A stretch of 64,000 nucleotides of DNA from Nitrospinales bacterium (GCA_965249625.1 OZ252246.1:1854365-1918364), one strand, 5' to 3'. Counted from the stretch's first letter, positions 18,658-27,954 are shown. A program made the numbers and translations. The notes: a model not told the origin generated them from the sequence alone.

Positions 18658-19665
18658 CTAATTCGAATCTTCCTGAGCGACTTTAGCCAGATCAAAAGGC
18701 TTTTGTGAATATTCCAGGCCTACGGAAAATCCCCAAACCAACCAGACAATTTCCCGAACCCGCCTGATGAGAGCCGCAGCAACGCCCAATGCAGGTTGAC
18801 CCGCTATCGCTTCCGTTGCGATCATAAAAATAGCTTCCGTACTGCCCAGCCCGGAAGGAATAAAAAATGTGCCTGCCCGAACCAGTTCAATGAGTGTTTC
18901 CAGAATTATGGCCTCAACAATTGTAATAGGATGGCCTAAAAAATAAAAAATGACGAATATTTCCAAGGCACCCAAATACCAGTTAACAAGATTCAAAAAT
19001 AGCGCGGAGATGAAGCGTCCCTTGTCACAGGTATAAAATTGCACCAGCCGCTCATCCATATCATGGATTTGGTGGAGAAATTTTTCCAGCCGTTGGCCAA
19101 ACTTTCTCTGGCTAAGCCAAGTACCGGTTAATGAAGTGATCTTGTAGCGCTGAATGGCGTAGAACAAAAATATTCCAAGAGTGATTGCACTCAAGCTAAG
19201 AATCGCGAAGAGACGAAAGCTCTCAGGAAGGTCTGAACCCATGATTATAAGGAAAACACCCGTTGCCGCAAATAAAACCAGGGAGATCATATGGGTGGAT
19301 TCGGCAAGGATCATTGATGCCGTCCCTTCCCGGTAGCGGATTCCATAATGATGCTTGAGAATATAACCTTTAATAGGCACTCCTCCCCAAGAGCTGAAAG
19401 GCATCACTTTAGAAAAAGCCGAACCCACCATGCGGACCTTCCAAAGGTCATACAACCATCGTTTGGTGAATTGTGTGCCGGGCAAAGTAAACTGCCATGC
19501 AAAGGTGTCCACCATAAAGGCTATTTTATAAACGACCAACACAACTACAATGCCCCAGCCCATTTTTTTTAACTGGGACCAAACCGAAGCAAGGTCTGTA
19601 TAGCTCAGAACAAAAAAAAGCAGGCCAATACCTATCAACAAATACAAAATTTTTAAAGGTTTCAT
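18658..19665 (-). CDS. flippase-like polytopic membrane protein (lysyl-PG synthase TM-region / UPF0104-like)
   Basis: I moved the start to ATG 19665 (MKPLKILYLLIGIGLLFF), 5 nt after the upstream stop, to remove the 127-nt overlap in the track. It has multiple hydrophobic spans. The family call is from general resemblance only. Confidence 0.6.
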   Translation of the reverse strand: MKPLKILYLLIGIGLLFFVLSYTDLASVWSQLKKMGWGIVVVLVVYKIAFMVDTFAWQFTLPGTQFTKRWLYDLWKVRMVGSAFSKVMPFSSWGGVPIKGYILKHHYGIRYREGTASMILAESTHMISLVLFAATGVFLIIMGSDLPESFRLFAILSLSAITLGIFLFYAIQRYKITSLTGTWLSQRKFGQRLEKFLHQIHDMDERLVQFYTCDKGRFISALFLNLVNWYLGALEIFVIFYFLGHPITIVEAIILETLIELVRAGTFFIPSGLGSTEAIFMIATEAIAGQPALGVAAALIRRVREIVWLVWGFSVGLEYSQKPFDLAKVAQEDSN

Positions 19666-19670
19666 AGCTG

Positions 19671-20300
19671 TCACACATGCCAGCGACGCGCACTGCAGGT
19701 GAACTGCAGGCACCAATAGGCCTGGGCACCAATCGCGGTCGGAGGGAGAATGTACCAAAGTACGCCCCCCATACTCATAAATAATACGATGAAACAAAAA
19801 TCGCTGCGGACAACACGTGCGTTGAGCACAAATCGATCCATCCTGGTGTCGTCATCCCTCGTCATCGCATCTTCGGGAGGACGTTGGCTGGAATGAAGCT
19901 TGGTCTTATTTTGATAAAGCTCCAGGCCGTAATTAATGGTGCCGCCTAACCCCGCAGCGATACCAGTCCACAACCACCATTTCTGCCCTGTCACTGAGGT
20001 TGCCCCCCACCCCAGGCAAACAAAGAAAAAACCATGGACAACCCAATCGACGAAGGTGTCGAATCTCATTCCAAAAATACTGCGCATATCCTTGAGGCGG
20101 GCAATCTCACCATCGCAGTTGTCGAGCACATAGCAACCAAACAACAAAAATGCGCCAATAAGTGTCGAGGTATAGGTTCCATTTAGACAGGTCACTCCAG
20201 CGGCCAAGCCAAACAGTAAAGACAAGGAGGTGATCTGGTTCGGCGTGATCGGTGTGCGTACCAATAGCAGGGTAAGCCGAAAGGAAAAATGCCGGATCAA
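19671..20300 (-). CDS. CDP-alcohol phosphatidyltransferase family protein
   Basis: The motif DNCDGEIARLKDMRSIFGMRFDTFVD is present. The 209-aa protein is polytopic. Confidence 0.85.
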   Translation of the reverse strand: MIRHFSFRLTLLLVRTPITPNQITSLSLLFGLAAGVTCLNGTYTSTLIGAFLLFGCYVLDNCDGEIARLKDMRSIFGMRFDTFVDWVVHGFFFVCLGWGATSVTGQKWWLWTGIAAGLGGTINYGLELYQNKTKLHSSQRPPEDAMTRDDDTRMDRFVLNARVVRSDFCFIVLFMSMGGVLWYILPPTAIGAQAYWCLQFTCSARRWHV

Positions 20301-20838
20301 TGGCGACCATGCCCTGGGCGGCTTTAACCTTTGCTCAGATGGATTCTTAAAGGATTCAGAAATGATAATTGCTATCCGGTTGAAATTGTTTGATGTTAAA
20401 AATTGTGAATCAGGAAAACTTTAAATCTAAGAAGCGAAGTTCCCCTCTTGGCCAAAACCCGAAAACTTATGGTTTTTCAGCCCGATCAAACCTTACTTTC
20501 AAGGCCCTCGTTTTGCAATGAAAAATTCCAGCCGAATGTTTGCCCTAACTGATATCCCCCATCATCGCCCTGCTAACATTAAACATTTTCTTCTGAAATG
20601 GGAATATGAGTTAAGTTAGCTTATTTCAAGAGCTTGAAGATATCATGCTCCTCTGTCATTTGTCTTGTTTCCTTAAACCCATGAATTTTAAAGCAAAACT
20701 GCACCTCTATTGAGGCTCAAAATTGCCGATTTTTCATTGACTTTCCCCAACCTATCCCCTATGTTTAGATTAAGTCTTCAGGAGTGATCCAATGTCCCTC
20801 TCGTTGCAATTTCATCTTCATTTCCCGAACGTGAAACG

Positions 20839-21546
20839 ATGATTATATTAGGGCTTGATGCCTCCACGCCTCAAGGAAGTGTTGCTCTTCTGGATGGCGA
20901 ACGCATCATTGCCGAGTCTGCCAGTTCTTCAGCATTTTCTGACCAGCTTCTGGTCATGGTGGATGAAGTTTTGGGGAAATTGGAGGGGGGGCTCGAGAAA
21001 GTGGATGGGTTCTGCGTCACGACAGGTCCCGGTTCTTTTACCGGACTCCGGGTTGGCGTCAGCCTGATAAAAGGTTTGGTACTAGCCACAGAAAAGCCTT
21101 TCTGGGGAATCAACACGCTGGAAGCATATGCGAATTTAGTCAAACCCATTTCCCAACCGATTTGTCCAATCCTGGATGCTAGAAAGAAAGAAGTTTATAC
21201 CGCGAAGTTTAAATATACAGGTGAACAATTAGTCAGGGAGACCCCGGACCAGGCCATTTCTCCCCAAGAATTATGTGACCTGACCCAGGAACCCACTGTC
21301 TTTTTAGGAGGTGGGTTAGAGCCCTATGGAGAAACCCTTTCCTCCCCGTTAGGAGACAGGTTTATCGATCAGGCCCCGATCAAAAACCAAACAGTTGCCG
21401 CCAGCGCAGCGCAACTTGCCTTCAGTCAATTCAGGGCGAATCCCTGTTTTGACCTTGACGCCTTGACCATTCATTATGTCAGGAAATCGGAAGCAGAATT
21501 AAACCGCAAAATATTTAATCAGGAGGTTGTAAAGCATGGACATTAA
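20839..21546 (+). CDS. tsaB: tRNA t6A37 biosynthesis protein TsaB (YeaZ)
   Basis: ILGLDASTPQGSVALL and VTTGPGSFTGLRVGVSLIKGL. Confidence 0.85.
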   Translation: MIILGLDASTPQGSVALLDGERIIAESASSSAFSDQLLVMVDEVLGKLEGGLEKVDGFCVTTGPGSFTGLRVGVSLIKGLVLATEKPFWGINTLEAYANLVKPISQPICPILDARKKEVYTAKFKYTGEQLVRETPDQAISPQELCDLTQEPTVFLGGGLEPYGETLSSPLGDRFIDQAPIKNQTVAASAAQLAFSQFRANPCFDLDALTIHYVRKSEAELNRKIFNQEVVKHGH

Positions 21547-21763
21547 TCCCGCTTTGCTTGAAAAAGTTAAACAGGAAAATAGCGAATTTCGTGAGCTCTA
21601 TGAAGAACACACTACCCTCAAATTAAAAGTTGCGGAATTCAACAAAATGAAGCTCATCACTCCCGAACAGGAACTCGAAAAGAAAAAACACCAGAAACAA
21701 AAACTAAGCCTCAAAGATCGCATGGAGAAAATTTTAAGTCTCTATGAAGAGACAATTCACTAA
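21536..21763 (+). CDS. DUF465 (YdcH-like) small coiled-coil protein
   Basis: EFRELYEEHTTLKLKVAEFNK...TPEQELEKKKHQKQKLSLKDRM is the typical DUF465 pattern. Confidence 0.7.
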   Translation: MDINPALLEKVKQENSEFRELYEEHTTLKLKVAEFNKMKLITPEQELEKKKHQKQKLSLKDRMEKILSLYEETIH

Positions 21764-21795
21764 CAACCATTAGCCCATCTGGACACCACAAATCT

Positions 21796-22242
21796 ATGAA
21801 AAAAAACTGACCGCCTTGATCGAGGAGAAAGGCGATCTCCCGCCTCTTCCCGATATCCTCCTGAACCTGGAAAATAAAATCATCCGACCTCACCTTGGCG
21901 GAAAATGAAGCAGGAACTTTCGGCATCACACATGCTGAACTGGGGGCACGGTTCATCGAAAAATGGTGGCCGGTTTCACCGGGCCTGATGGAAGCCATTC
22001 GCGTCCACCATGATTCACCACGAGATGATGGCAACGTGAAGCATATTGCCCACCTTCTCGCCACCGCCAACCTTCTGGCAAACCAGAACGAATTCAGCAA
22101 TGGTATTGTCCCGGAAGACACGGTGCCTCTCGAATACGGTGTCCTGGACAAACTGGATCTGGATTCCGAAGAACTGGAAATCCTGATTGAGAACACTAAA
22201 GAAGGTCTGGAGGCCGCGCAATCTATCCTTAAAAGCAACTGA
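21796..22242 (+). pseudogene. HDOD-domain protein remnant (homopolymer frameshift plus internal deletion)
   Basis: The C-terminal half is in ORF 21895..22242 (GITHAELGARFIEKWWPVSPGLMEAIRVHHD). My own translation of another frame at 21789..21893 gives QIYEKKLTALIEEKGDLPPLPDILLNLENKIIRP, an HDOD N-terminus. The ATG at 21796 is out of frame with it by one A in an A8 run. The roughly 130 central residues expected between the two parts are absent. Confidence 0.6.
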
Positions 22243-22252
22243 TCACCTTAAG

Positions 22253-23503
22253 TCACAGCACCTTTCTCAAAGCCACCGTCTCATATCCCTTGAAAGCTCC
22301 AACGAGAAGTTGTAACAGAAACTTCAAAGAAACCACTTTTTTGGCTGGCAGGATATCCCCGATCACACCTACCAGCGTTTCAGCGAGAACCTGATTGTCC
22401 GAAAGGCTTTTCATCACCCGGTCACATAAAACCCGGTTATAAATCAGCCCTTGAAGAATCCGGCTCAACAAAAACTTGCCGCCAAACTCTTGCTTTCGCC
22501 TCTCGTCATAAACGGAAAGAAAATTCCTGGAAAAATTTGAATTTTGAAATCCAGAATGGATCACCTCACCTGCTAGCTGAGAACTTCTCAATGACAGATA
22601 AATACCTTCACCGGTAAACGGGTCGATAAAACCCGTCGCGTCCCCGACCAACACAAGTCCGCCACAAGGAACAGGCTTAACCGCAAACGCCAAAGATTCC
22701 ACCGAGCGCACAGGTTCCACCCGCTCCCCGCCCTCAAGCATTTTAGTTCGACGAGAGTTTTTCATCAGCATACGATGATAAAATGCTTCCGATTTTTCAC
22801 CATCCAAGGCAGAATCCGCCACCACCAGCACCACATTGGCCCGACCGTTTCCGACAGAAGATATTCCCGTATAGCCCGGATGGCTGACATGCATATAACA
22901 ATAGTCTTGCGGCAGACGCACGCCCTGCCAATGCGCAGAAAAAGCAATCCTCGAATTGCCTTTGGGTTTCCGCTTTAAATTGAATTTCCTCAAAGAGACC
23001 GCATTGCGCCCCCCGGCATCGACCACCAGTTTGCCATTCAAGGAAAAGGAGGTTTTCGTTTCATCCCAGCCCTTAATCCCAACAACATAACCTTCGTTGA
23101 AAATAAAATCCGTCACCTTATATTGCTCAAAAACTTTCACCCCGGTGCTTTGAACCTGCTTCAAAAACAGTGCGTCCAACTGGTAACGCGGCACCGACAA
23201 ACTGGTCAGACTCAATCCCGTCTCTGTTGAAACAGGATAGTCAATTTCCAACTCAGCACTTTCATAAGACGAGATCGCTACACCTTTTAGCCGTTTAGGC
23301 GACAAAGCCTCTATGGAACTAAGCACGCCCAACTGCTCAAGAATAGGGTCGGCACCCGGACTGATGAACTCTCCACACACCTTGTCGCGGGGAAATTTGG
23401 CCTGATCGCAAAGCACCACGTCATAACCACGACGGCTGAGGTCCAACGCCACGGAGCAACCCGCAGGCCCGCCGCCAATGACAATGACATCGTAAGAATT
23501 CAT
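22253..23503 (-). CDS. FAD-dependent oxidoreductase, geranylgeranyl reductase family
   Basis: YDVIVIGGGPAGCSVALDLSRRGYDVVLCD is an FAD-binding Rossmann motif. PRDKVCGEFISP and LVGDATGFIDPFTGEGI are also present. Confidence 0.8.
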   Translation of the reverse strand: MNSYDVIVIGGGPAGCSVALDLSRRGYDVVLCDQAKFPRDKVCGEFISPGADPILEQLGVLSSIEALSPKRLKGVAISSYESAELEIDYPVSTETGLSLTSLSVPRYQLDALFLKQVQSTGVKVFEQYKVTDFIFNEGYVVGIKGWDETKTSFSLNGKLVVDAGGRNAVSLRKFNLKRKPKGNSRIAFSAHWQGVRLPQDYCYMHVSHPGYTGISSVGNGRANVVLVVADSALDGEKSEAFYHRMLMKNSRRTKMLEGGERVEPVRSVESLAFAVKPVPCGGLVLVGDATGFIDPFTGEGIYLSLRSSQLAGEVIHSGFQNSNFSRNFLSVYDERRKQEFGGKFLLSRILQGLIYNRVLCDRVMKSLSDNQVLAETLVGVIGDILPAKKVVSLKFLLQLLVGAFKGYETVALRKVL

Positions 23504-23578
23504 GGTCGATCCTTTCGGCTCAGCAAAGCAATGCCTTATAGAAAATGGAGAGGGATTTCAAAACCACACCGTGAAAAT

Positions 23579-24301
23579 TCATGATTGGGTCTTTTGTCCC
23601 ACTAAAGCAATACGGTAAGGAAAGTGGAGGTGGATTTCAAAAGGATCTATTTCCGCCTCCCTGGCCAACTCATGAAACTCGTCGGGCGTGAAGGCATTCA
23701 TCACCGAAACCGGCGCATCATACCGGGTCAACCGGTTGCGAGTAAAGATTCGGGTCAACAGAAAAATCACAGCATGCGCCACGCGACTGCGATGCAGATC
23801 ATTGACCACCACACCCAATCGCCCGGCCTTGTAAATCGCCCGCAAAATCGCTACCGCCTTCTGCCAACTGAAATGATGCAGAGACAAAGAGTTGACCGCC
23901 AAATCGAATCCGCCTTCTCGGAATGGCAACGCAAGAACATCGCACTGCACCAGGTGGATTTCGGGATAAGAGGCAATCTCCTCCCAAGCCAGTTTCAGCA
24001 TCTTGGGGTTGATATCAATAGCAGTGATATGGATCGGCACTCCCAAACGGCGCGCCAGCTGGACCAGCGCCACTGGCTGGTCGGCCGACCCGGTGGCCGC
24101 GTCCAGCACCCTGAAGGGGCGATCAGCTTTATGGGATTTCAAGAAAGGTTCCACATGCCGGAGCAGAACCCGGTATCCGCTCAAATAGCGGTTGACCGTG
24201 GCAACATCCTGCAGACTGTCCCGGACCTCTTCATAAGGAGCTTCGTCCAGGTCCAGCAGTTCATCTCTAAGATTTCTAGGAGGAAAGAAAAATGATCGCA
24301 T
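23579..24301 (-). CDS. class I SAM-dependent methyltransferase
   Basis: Motif I VLDAATGSAD is followed by ITAIDINPKML and FDLAVNSLSLHHF. Confidence 0.8.
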   Translation of the reverse strand: MRSFFFPPRNLRDELLDLDEAPYEEVRDSLQDVATVNRYLSGYRVLLRHVEPFLKSHKADRPFRVLDAATGSADQPVALVQLARRLGVPIHITAIDINPKMLKLAWEEIASYPEIHLVQCDVLALPFREGGFDLAVNSLSLHHFSWQKAVAILRAIYKAGRLGVVVNDLHRSRVAHAVIFLLTRIFTRNRLTRYDAPVSVMNAFTPDEFHELAREAEIDPFEIHLHFPYRIALVGQKTQS

Positions 24302-24400
24302 TACAGAGGGCCTCCGCCCACTCCCATTGGAGGGAATAAGAATGAGATTCTATAGCCGAGATAACTTTTTGCCGGGAAATAAAAATTCTTGCTAGTTGCA

Positions 24401-24438
24401 CCCCTTCGGGGCACGAAATTTATGGAAAGGGATACCAC
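24401..24438 (+). repeat. REP-like hairpin module M1
   Basis: ccccttcggggcacgaaatttatggaaagggataccac. Confidence 0.7.
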
Positions 24439-24494
24439 AGCCCCACGCCTTTGGCAATCGCGGCAGCGTCACCGCCACCAGTGGCTCACCGGGG

Positions 24495-24890
24495 CTAGTC
24501 TTTGAAAAAGAAATACGGTTGTCCTGATTGGATTCTATCCTTGGTAATGTCTAAAGCAATTTTCTTGAAGATCCCACGGGTGAGCGGGGTCATGATGAGG
24601 AGTCCAATCGTATCCGTCACCACGCCGGGAGTGATGAGGAGCATGCTGGCCACCCCCATCACCGCGCCGTCCAGGGCCTCGTCACTAGGGGCTTCGCGCG
24701 ACTTGAGTTGTCTCTGCATTTTCTCGAAGACCTCTTTGCCATAGCTGCGGCTGACAACAATTCCCACCAGAAAGGTGAACATGATCAACGAAACCGTATT
24801 GAGGATGCTGATCTCATCGCTCACATATTTCAATCCATAAAGTTCGATCCCTGTGCCCAGAGCAAAAATAGCGGTAATGGGTAAAGACAT
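24495..24890 (-). CDS. fxsA: FxsA-family inner-membrane protein
   Basis: LLITPGVVTDTIGLLIMTPLTRGIFKK is the characteristic FxsA C-terminal motif, and TM segments lie at the N-terminus. Confidence 0.75.
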   Translation of the reverse strand: MSLPITAIFALGTGIELYGLKYVSDEISILNTVSLIMFTFLVGIVVSRSYGKEVFEKMQRQLKSREAPSDEALDGAVMGVASMLLITPGVVTDTIGLLIMTPLTRGIFKKIALDITKDRIQSGQPYFFFKD

Positions 24891-25135
24891 TTCAAATACC
24901 TGTAAAATATTAAACGAGCGAAATAGAAGTTTTCACCATAGCACGGTCCCTGCCCTGCCGGACCTGCCGGAAAGCAAAAATCCGGTAAAGTCCGGAAGCT
25001 TTTTCTGCCCCCTGTTAACATCGATTTATCAAGAATTAACAAACCCAACACAAGTAAAAACAAGGAGACAGACTTCCTTTTACCTGATTTTTCAGCTATG
25101 CTCCCACCAATATTTCTCGGTAGTGGAGGACCGGG

Positions 25136-25712
25136 ATGAAACGTTTTATCCAGACAGGAATCGTACTTGGAGCCGGGTTCATGCTATGGCAGGTGTCTGC
25201 CGATGCGCGTTTTCTCGACTTGTAAAGAACAGAAACCGTCGCCGACTCCAGAAATAGCCCCCACTCCTGCCTCTTCCTCCCAATCCCGTTTACAAACCCA
25301 AAATTGAACCTCGCGGAATCAGCCTCCAGTTTGAGGACCTGGCCTGCTTGGCGTTTTAAGAAACATTCAGGACGAAACCGGGATTTTATTTTCCGTTGAC
25401 CCTTCCCTTGAAACGGTTCCTTTCAGTGCCCGCATTCAGGCCAATGACCGAAGTTTCGAGTAGCTTCTGCTCCAAAACCAACAGCCAGTTCCAATATCAG
25501 GATTGAAGATCTCCCACCGCATATTCTTTTTGAACCAGAAGTGTTGACCTTCTTCAAATCAAAAGGCCCAGCTTCCTGACAATGTAAAGAACATGTTTGA
25601 TCCCAACCTGGAAGGGTTGCCGGCCAATATGCCCATCTCTCCGCATATCCTGAACGACCCAACCTTTAAACAGTTCCTCGACCCAGAAGGAATCCAAACC
25701 CCGCAGGGTTAA
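25136..25712 (+). pseudogene. degraded gene for a secreted protein with an STN-like (secretin/TonB N-terminal) segment
   Basis: My own three-frame reading finds these pieces: MKRFIQTGIVLGAGFMLWQVSA (signal-like); GISLQFEDLA; after a frame change, LLGVLRNIQDETGILFSVDPSLETVPFSARIQANDRSFE followed by TAG; and further open pieces up to 25712. No frame is continuous. Confidence 0.4.
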
Positions 25713-26543
25713 TCACTTAACGTTATTCTGAGCCTGCAAAAGGTAATCGACAACACGCTCCAGTTTTCCCTCGGTGACGAACTGTTCAAATTCAACATCC
25801 TGTTTATCTGCATTGTCTTTATGATGAAAATTTTTAAAATCCGCCAAAAACCGTTTTCGATCTGAGTCATTCGCAAAGGTGTACTCCTGTAGGAGTCGCA
25901 CACCCTTATTGCCACCCCTGCCTTTTAAGGAATGGCAGGACAGGCAATTATTTTTGAAAACTTCCAAGCCTTCCCGAGCCTGCAGTGAATCTCCCGCAAT
26001 TTTTTCGAGCGGTGCGTAATAGTCATTCAGTCGGACGAATTTCAGTTCCCGAATATTCGCCGTCATGAACCGCCCCTGAAACGGCGGTCGTTTTCCATCC
26101 GGCACCAGAATGAGGAGCGGATTCAACCAGTCCGGCCTGGAACTTGTGGACGTCAGCCCTATTTTTGTCGCGAGGCGCAGATCATAACGGTAAATATCAT
26201 TGAGAGATAAAATCCCCTGGTAGTCGTCAAAGCAATTCAACAGCACGGCATCCTCGCTGCGTTTCAAGGCAAACTCCTTCACCAAATTGGAAAGAGATAT
26301 GGCATTAAACCACGAGTCACTCGTGTGCATGGCCCGGTCAAAATACTCGCTGGAAATTTCCCGCGACCCTAATGACTCCAGTTTCGGCACGGTCCAGGTT
26401 TCCGAAACCATCCGGCCTGCGGAATCGGCATGGGTGATGCGAAAATTCCTCTGCTCCCCCAGCTCCGATTTTTCCGGGGCGGAGCAGGCTGAAATCCATA
26501 TCCCGGTGAGCAGGGCCAAAAACCCACAAAATATTTGTTTCAT
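25713..26543 (-). CDS. lipoprotein with C-terminal mono-haem cytochrome c domain
   Basis: I prefer the ATG at 26543, which has AGGAGG about 9 nt upstream. The signal/lipobox-like sequence is LALLTGIWISAC. There is a single CLSCH haem-binding motif. The N-terminal domain is of unknown function. Confidence 0.65.
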   Translation of the reverse strand: MKQIFCGFLALLTGIWISACSAPEKSELGEQRNFRITHADSAGRMVSETWTVPKLESLGSREISSEYFDRAMHTSDSWFNAISLSNLVKEFALKRSEDAVLLNCFDDYQGILSLNDIYRYDLRLATKIGLTSTSSRPDWLNPLLILVPDGKRPPFQGRFMTANIRELKFVRLNDYYAPLEKIAGDSLQAREGLEVFKNNCLSCHSLKGRGGNKGVRLLQEYTFANDSDRKRFLADFKNFHHKDNADKQDVEFEQFVTEGKLERVVDYLLQAQNNVK

Positions 26544-26613
26544 TGGAGAAAACCTCCTATAATGGGAGAAAGTATTCATCAACTGCTAATTTTTATCAGG
26601 CCCCCAGTCTAAC

Positions 26614-27954
26614 ATGGAAACGAACCCCACTTTAGAATTCAGCCCGGAAAAAATGGACTTCCGCGCTTACTCAATATCCTGGAACCTCACCAAGCGGTGC
26701 AACCTCAATTGTGACCACTGCTATCTTGACGCCGACTTTCGCGGTGGCCTCAAAACCGATGAACTCAACACTGAAGAATGTTTCCGGGTCATCGACCAGA
26801 TCGCGGAAGTTAATCCTAACGCGTTTCTGATTCTCACAGGTGGCGAGCCGCTACTTCGTCCCGACATCTACGAGATAATCCGCTACGCCGCCGACAGAAA
26901 ATTCATGGTTGTGCTGGGCACCAACGGCACCATGATCAATCGCGTCAACGCCGAAAAAATAAAAGCCGCCGGAGCCCACGGTGTAGGAATCAGTATCGAC
27001 TCAATGAATCCGGACAAACATAACAAGTTTCGCGGGGTGGAAAAAGCCTGGGAACTTTCCATGGCGGCCTTCGATATTCTGAACGAAGTGGGTGTCGACT
27101 TTCTCGTGCAGATGTCTGTATCGGATATGAACTATAAGGAAATCCCTGAGGTGGTCGAGTTCACCGAAAAAATTGGTGCCATCGCTTTCAATTTGTATTT
27201 TCTGGTCTGCACCGGACGAGGACAAGGCAATACCGATATTTCCAACGCTGCTTATGAAGAAGCTTTGAAAATGTTGTATGAGCAGCAAATGAAATACAAA
27301 GGCAAGTTGATGATCAACTCCAAATGCGCCCCGCAGTACAAGCGCGTTGTTTATGAGAACGATCCCGAATCGGTTTACACCCGCACCTATTCCGGCGGGT
27401 GTCCGGCGGCCACACATTACAGCCGCATTTCACCGGAAGGCAACCTGACCCCCTGCCCCTTTATCGAAGAGTCAGTGGGCAATTTGAAATCCAGAACATT
27501 TAAAGACCTGTGGGAAAACGCGCCGTTGATGATCCAGTTGCGCGACCGCAAACAACTCGAAGGCAAATGCGGCACCTGCGAATTCTCCACCATGTGTTCC
27601 GGCTGCAGGGCACGGGCTTTTGCCGAAACCGGAAACTATATGGACCCGGACCCCTCCTGCGATTACGAACCGGGAAAATATGGCGGCAAAGCCATCACCT
27701 TAAAAGTCGAAGACACACTTGGGCTCGAAGTCGAGTTCCAGATCCAATGGACCCCGGAAGCCAAAAGCCGACTCGACCGAATCCCCTCTTTCGCCCGCGG
27801 TATGGTGGTGAAAGGCATCGAGAAATTTGCCGCCGAACGCGACATCCGCCTCATTGACGAGGCCGTCGTGAAAAAGTCACGCGAAGAAATGATCGAGAAA
27901 CGCGGTGCCATGTTCCCCTTCCTGAAAAAGTTCATCAATTCCGAAAACCAATAA
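26614..27954 (+). CDS. radical SAM / SPASM-domain protein with C-terminal PCP_red-like extension
   Basis: The radical SAM cluster motif is CNLNCDHCY, followed by ILTGGEPLL. The SPASM-like Cys motifs are GGCPAA, CPF and CGTCEFSTMCSGCRARA. The tail WTPEAKSRLDRIPSFARGMVVKGIEKFAAERDIRLIDEAVV resembles the protochlorophyllide reductase C-terminal (PCP_red) fold. Confidence 0.85.
   Translation: METNPTLEFSPEKMDFRAYSISWNLTKRCNLNCDHCYLDADFRGGLKTDELNTEECFRVIDQIAEVNPNAFLILTGGEPLLRPDIYEIIRYAADRKFMVVLGTNGTMINRVNAEKIKAAGAHGVGISIDSMNPDKHNKFRGVEKAWELSMAAFDILNEVGVDFLVQMSVSDMNYKEIPEVVEFTEKIGAIAFNLYFLVCTGRGQGNTDISNAAYEEALKMLYEQQMKYKGKLMINSKCAPQYKRVVYENDPESVYTRTYSGGCPAATHYSRISPEGNLTPCPFIEESVGNLKSRTFKDLWENAPLMIQLRDRKQLEGKCGTCEFSTMCSGCRARAFAETGNYMDPDPSCDYEPGKYGGKAITLKVEDTLGLEVEFQIQWTPEAKSRLDRIPSFARGMVVKGIEKFAAERDIRLIDEAVVKKSREEMIEKRGAMFPFLKKFINSENQ

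Noticed and set aside
21711-22238. 175-aa minus-strand ORF
   Set aside because: It is antisense to DUF465 and the HDOD remnant. It is Ser/Arg-rich with no motifs.
22253-24301. Methyltransferase plus geranylgeranyl-reductase-family pair as part of a type III PKS (alkylresorcinol-type) cluster
   Set aside because: No PKS or other biosynthetic gene is adjacent. Upstream of the methyltransferase there is only repeat DNA and fxsA, so there is no basis for a cluster call from this window.
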